This document shows, in pieces, positions 1-1,382 of a stretch of 1,382 nucleotides of DNA. The DNA lies in contig SCQK01000025.1 of the NCBI GenBank assembly GCA_004321885.1, positions 1-1,382 of the forward strand, in the 5' to 3' direction. The position numbers and the translations under genes are program-made. The DNA is from Patescibacteria group bacterium. Lineage in GTDB: Bacteria; Patescibacteriota; Patescibacteriia; Magasanikbacterales; GWA2-37-8. Below the pieces are notes generated by a model that saw only the letters and a list, made by a program, of their open reading frames with translations, searched no databases and was not told the origin of the DNA. Numbering within the stretch: the first letter of the stretch is position 1; the number at the start of each line of letters is the position of its first letter.

Positions 1-25
1 GAGGTCTTGTCAAGAGGTGTGCAAA
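1..25. repeat. Terminal inverted repeat at the transposase-distal end (IRR relative to transposase orientation). It contains an outward-facing TTGACA on the minus strand.
   Basis: Bases 1-25 match the reverse complement of 1358-1382 at 20 of 25 positions. The five mismatches are at aligned positions 4, 6, 8, 9 and 14. Possible weaker extension to about position 31. Confidence 0.7.
8..13 (-). promoter_or_regulatory. Outward-facing consensus -35 hexamer (TTGACA) inside the terminal repeat, 7 bp from the element tip. It is a candidate half of a junction or hybrid promoter.
   Basis: Plus strand 8-13 is tgtcaa, so the minus strand reads TTGACA. It is followed on the minus strand by agacctc and then the element end. 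It is a sequence motif only, with no expression data. Confidence 0.4.
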
Positions 26-31
26 AAGAAG

Positions 32-1276
32 TCAGGCGGCCACCCTCCACTCCTGCTCCATGACACGGACGCCATCGACGAATGCGGCGCCGTGATAGAC
101 CTCTGTCAACAGCTCCGAGGCGTGCAGTCGCTGGAAGCGTTGCTGGGCGACCAGCAACATCTTCCAAATGACCGCCGTGGCGTTGTCGACCTTCTTGAAC
201 CGCCTCGCCGCATCGGTCCGCAGCCGCAAGGCGGCAAAGGGCGACTCAATCGGATTACTGGTACGCAGATGCACCCAGTGTTCCCTGGGAAACGAGTAGA
301 AGGTCAGCATCCGGTCCCAGTCTCGATCGAGCACGGCAGCGGCCGCCTCCAGCCCCTGCTGCCGGCACCAGCGCTGATAGCCCGCCTTCCGCTGCTCCGC
401 GTCTTGCTGTGTCGGGGCATACGGGATCTCGGTCAGCAGGCGCCGGGCCTCGGCTTGGCGCGTCTTCGGCACCTTGTCGAGGGCATTGAGAATCTTATGG
501 TTCCAGCACCGCTGCTCCTGGGCGTCGGGGTAGACGTTGCGCAGGCCCGCCCAGATCCCCAGGTGTCCATCGCCCACGACCAGCTTCGGCGTCGTCAGCC
601 CGCGCGCCTTCAGGTCCCGCAGGACGTCCGACCAGCTCTCGGTCGATTCCCGATGTCCGGGGACGACGGCCACGAGTTCCTTGCGCCCGTCACGCAAGGC
701 GGCCAAGACGACCAGGACCGCCGCCTTCTCTTTCTCGAGTCCGGCCTTGACATAGACCCCGTCCACCCAGAGGTAGACGACCTGGAGGTCGGCCAGAGGG
801 CGGCTCGCCCACTGCGCGTACTCCGCGTGCCACCGCTCCTTCAGGCGCGCGACGGTCGTGGTCGACAGCGGGGCGTCGTCCCCCAGCAGCCCACGCAGGG
901 CCAGATCGAAGTCGCCCAGCGCGAGGCCGTGGAGGTAGAGCTCAGGGAGCAGGGCACTGACCTCCGGTGTGCGCCGTGCGAACAGCGGCATCAGGCGACT
1001 GGCGAAGCGCTGCGCCAGGCCGCGGACGCGAGGCCGTCGGAGCGTGACCGTGCCATTACTCAGCGTCAACCGCCGTGGCTTGCCGTATCCGCTGCGGTAG
1101 CCGGGCGCACTATCGACGGCCGGTCTCCGCTCAGACTTCCGGCGGCCCAGCAGGTCGTCCACTTCGGCGTCCAGCAGCTCTTGCAGCCACTTCCGCATCT
1201 TGTTCCGGACCCAGGCTTCCAGGTGCTCCCATGTTACCCTTGACTCGGCGGTCGGTTCTGTGGTCTGCTTCTTCAT
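32..1276 (-). CDS. IS256-family (Mutator-like) DDE transposase, 414 aa
   Basis: The ORF runs from an ATG (complement of 1274-1276) to a TGA (complement of 32-34). Third-position GC is very high, consistent with genuine coding in a GC-rich genome. Recognisable IS256-family blocks are YLWVDGVYVK (D172, codon 761-763), LVVGDGHLG (D236, codon 569-571), the CWNH CxxH motif (residues 257-260) immediately after the second D, and TSNPIESPFAALRLRTD (E344, codon 245-247). The D-64-D-108-E spacing closely matches the IS256 triad spacing (D167/D233/E341). A strong Shine-Dalgarno sequence lies upstream. Confidence 0.93.
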   Translation of the reverse strand: MKKQTTEPTAESRVTWEHLEAWVRNKMRKWLQELLDAEVDDLLGRRKSERRPAVDSAPGYRSGYGKPRRLTLSNGTVTLRRPRVRGLAQRFASRLMPLFARRTPEVSALLPELYLHGLALGDFDLALRGLLGDDAPLSTTTVARLKERWHAEYAQWASRPLADLQVVYLWVDGVYVKAGLEKEKAAVLVVLAALRDGRKELVAVVPGHRESTESWSDVLRDLKARGLTTPKLVVGDGHLGIWAGLRNVYPDAQEQRCWNHKILNALDKVPKTRQAEARRLLTEIPYAPTQQDAEQRKAGYQRWCRQQGLEAAAAVLDRDWDRMLTFYSFPREHWVHLRTSNPIESPFAALRLRTDAARRFKKVDNATAVIWKMLLVAQQRFQRLHASELLTEVYHGAAFVDGVRVMEQEWRVAA

Positions 1277-1284
1277 GGCGGTGT

Positions 1285-1290
1285 CCTCCT
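1285..1290 (-). promoter_or_regulatory. Shine-Dalgarno ribosome-binding site for the transposase
   Basis: The minus strand reads GAGAGGAGGACACCGCC-ATG. AGGAGG (complement of cctcct at 1285-1290) lies 8 nt upstream of the ATG at 1276. Confidence 0.7.
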
Positions 1291-1357
1291 CTCGTTGACC
1301 GGGTGTCTGCCCGGTGGGTTAGAATGTCACCCGAGAGGGTACACCGCCTTTCTCCTA

Positions 1358-1382
1358 TTTGCACACCTTTTGAATATAGCTC
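1358..1382. repeat. Terminal inverted repeat at the transposase-proximal end (IRL relative to transposase orientation). It contains an inward-facing TATATT on the minus strand.
   Basis: The reverse complement of 1358-1382 (gagctatattcaaaaggtgtgcaaa) pairs with 1-25. The conserved inner core is GGTGTGCAAA. Confidence 0.7.
1373..1378 (-). promoter_or_regulatory. Inward-facing -10-like hexamer (TATATT) inside the terminal repeat, 4 bp from the element tip and oriented toward the transposase start.
   Basis: Plus strand 1373-1378 is aatata, so the minus strand reads TATATT. It is preceded on the minus strand by gagc, which is the element terminus. No in-element -35 partner is present, so it needs an upstream -35 supplied by flanking DNA or by the other end of the element. 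Confidence 0.4.

Larger units (their letters stand above)
1..1382 (-). mobile_element. Complete IS256-family insertion sequence (about 1.38 kb) with one transposase ORF flanked by imperfect terminal inverted repeats. Orientation is given by the transposase strand.
   Basis: Size is typical of the IS256 family (1.3-1.5 kb). There is a single 414-aa DDE transposase ORF. Bases 1-25 (gaggtcttgtcaagaggtgtgcaaa) align to the reverse complement of 1358-1382 (gagctatattcaaaaggtgtgcaaa) at 20 of 25 positions, with the inner 11 bp GGTGTGCAAA(A) identical. Weaker similarity extends to about 31 bp. The transposase stop (32-34) and start (1274-1276) sit just inside the repeats. Confidence 0.85.

Noticed and set aside
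26-31. Possible extension of the terminal inverted repeat to about 31 bp.
   Set aside because: Only about 6 of the 10 additional aligned positions match (aagaagtcag against taggagaaag). That is too weak to distinguish from chance, so the repeat was called at 25 bp.
537-755. A 72-aa plus-strand ORF internal to the transposase gene.
   Set aside because: It is a short out-of-frame ORF embedded in a GC-rich coding region. Its translation is R/S/T/P-rich and low-complexity. There are no start-site signals. It is a typical spurious ORF.
17-1243. A 408-aa ORF on the plus strand overlaps almost the entire transposase gene in antisense.
   Set aside because: It is in the same codon register as the minus-strand gene. 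Plus-strand stops (TAA, TAG, TGA) would therefore require the sense codons TTA, CTA or TCA, which are strongly avoided in GC-rich genomes. Long open antisense frames are thus an expected artefact. Its product is low-complexity (rich in R, P, L, G and Q) with no recognisable motif. Its third codon positions correspond to sense first positions, so it lacks the high GC3 shown by the real gene. No Shine-Dalgarno sequence is evident upstream of position 17.
1325-1330. A GTGACA -35-like hexamer (minus strand) in the transposase leader.
   Set aside because: No acceptable -10 hexamer lies 16-19 bp downstream on the minus strand; the sequence at that distance is GACACC. It is not called as a promoter.
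1131-1364. A 77-aa minus-strand ORF with a GTG start inside the terminal repeat, overlapping the transposase start in another frame.
   Set aside because: It starts with GTG inside the repeat and has no ribosome-binding site. It is arginine-rich and low-complexity, and out of frame with the well-supported ATG/Shine-Dalgarno start at 1276. IS256-family transposases are single-ORF and are not produced by frameshifting, so an upstream frameshift partner is not expected.

Overview
The entire 1382-bp window is one complete, apparently intact insertion sequence of the IS256 (Mutator-like DDE) family from a GC-rich host. A single 414-aa transposase gene lies on the minus strand (32..1276). It carries a D172/D236/E344 catalytic triad, a CxxH motif and the N-x-I-E-S glutamate signature. 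The element is bounded by imperfect ~25-bp terminal inverted repeats at 1..25 and 1358..1382, which match at 20 of 25 positions. The window edges coincide exactly with the IS termini, so no flanking DNA or target-site duplication is visible. The main observation is that the two inverted repeats carry complementary promoter halves on the transposase strand: a perfect TTGACA -35 facing outward in the 1..25 repeat and a TATATT -10 facing inward in the 1358..1382 repeat. Together they would assemble a junction promoter on a circular or tandem transposition intermediate. The outward -35 could also form hybrid promoters with flanking host DNA. The long plus-strand ORF (17..1243) is judged to be a codon-register antisense artefact of the GC-rich transposase gene. 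I see no evidence of a novel non-IS system in this window.
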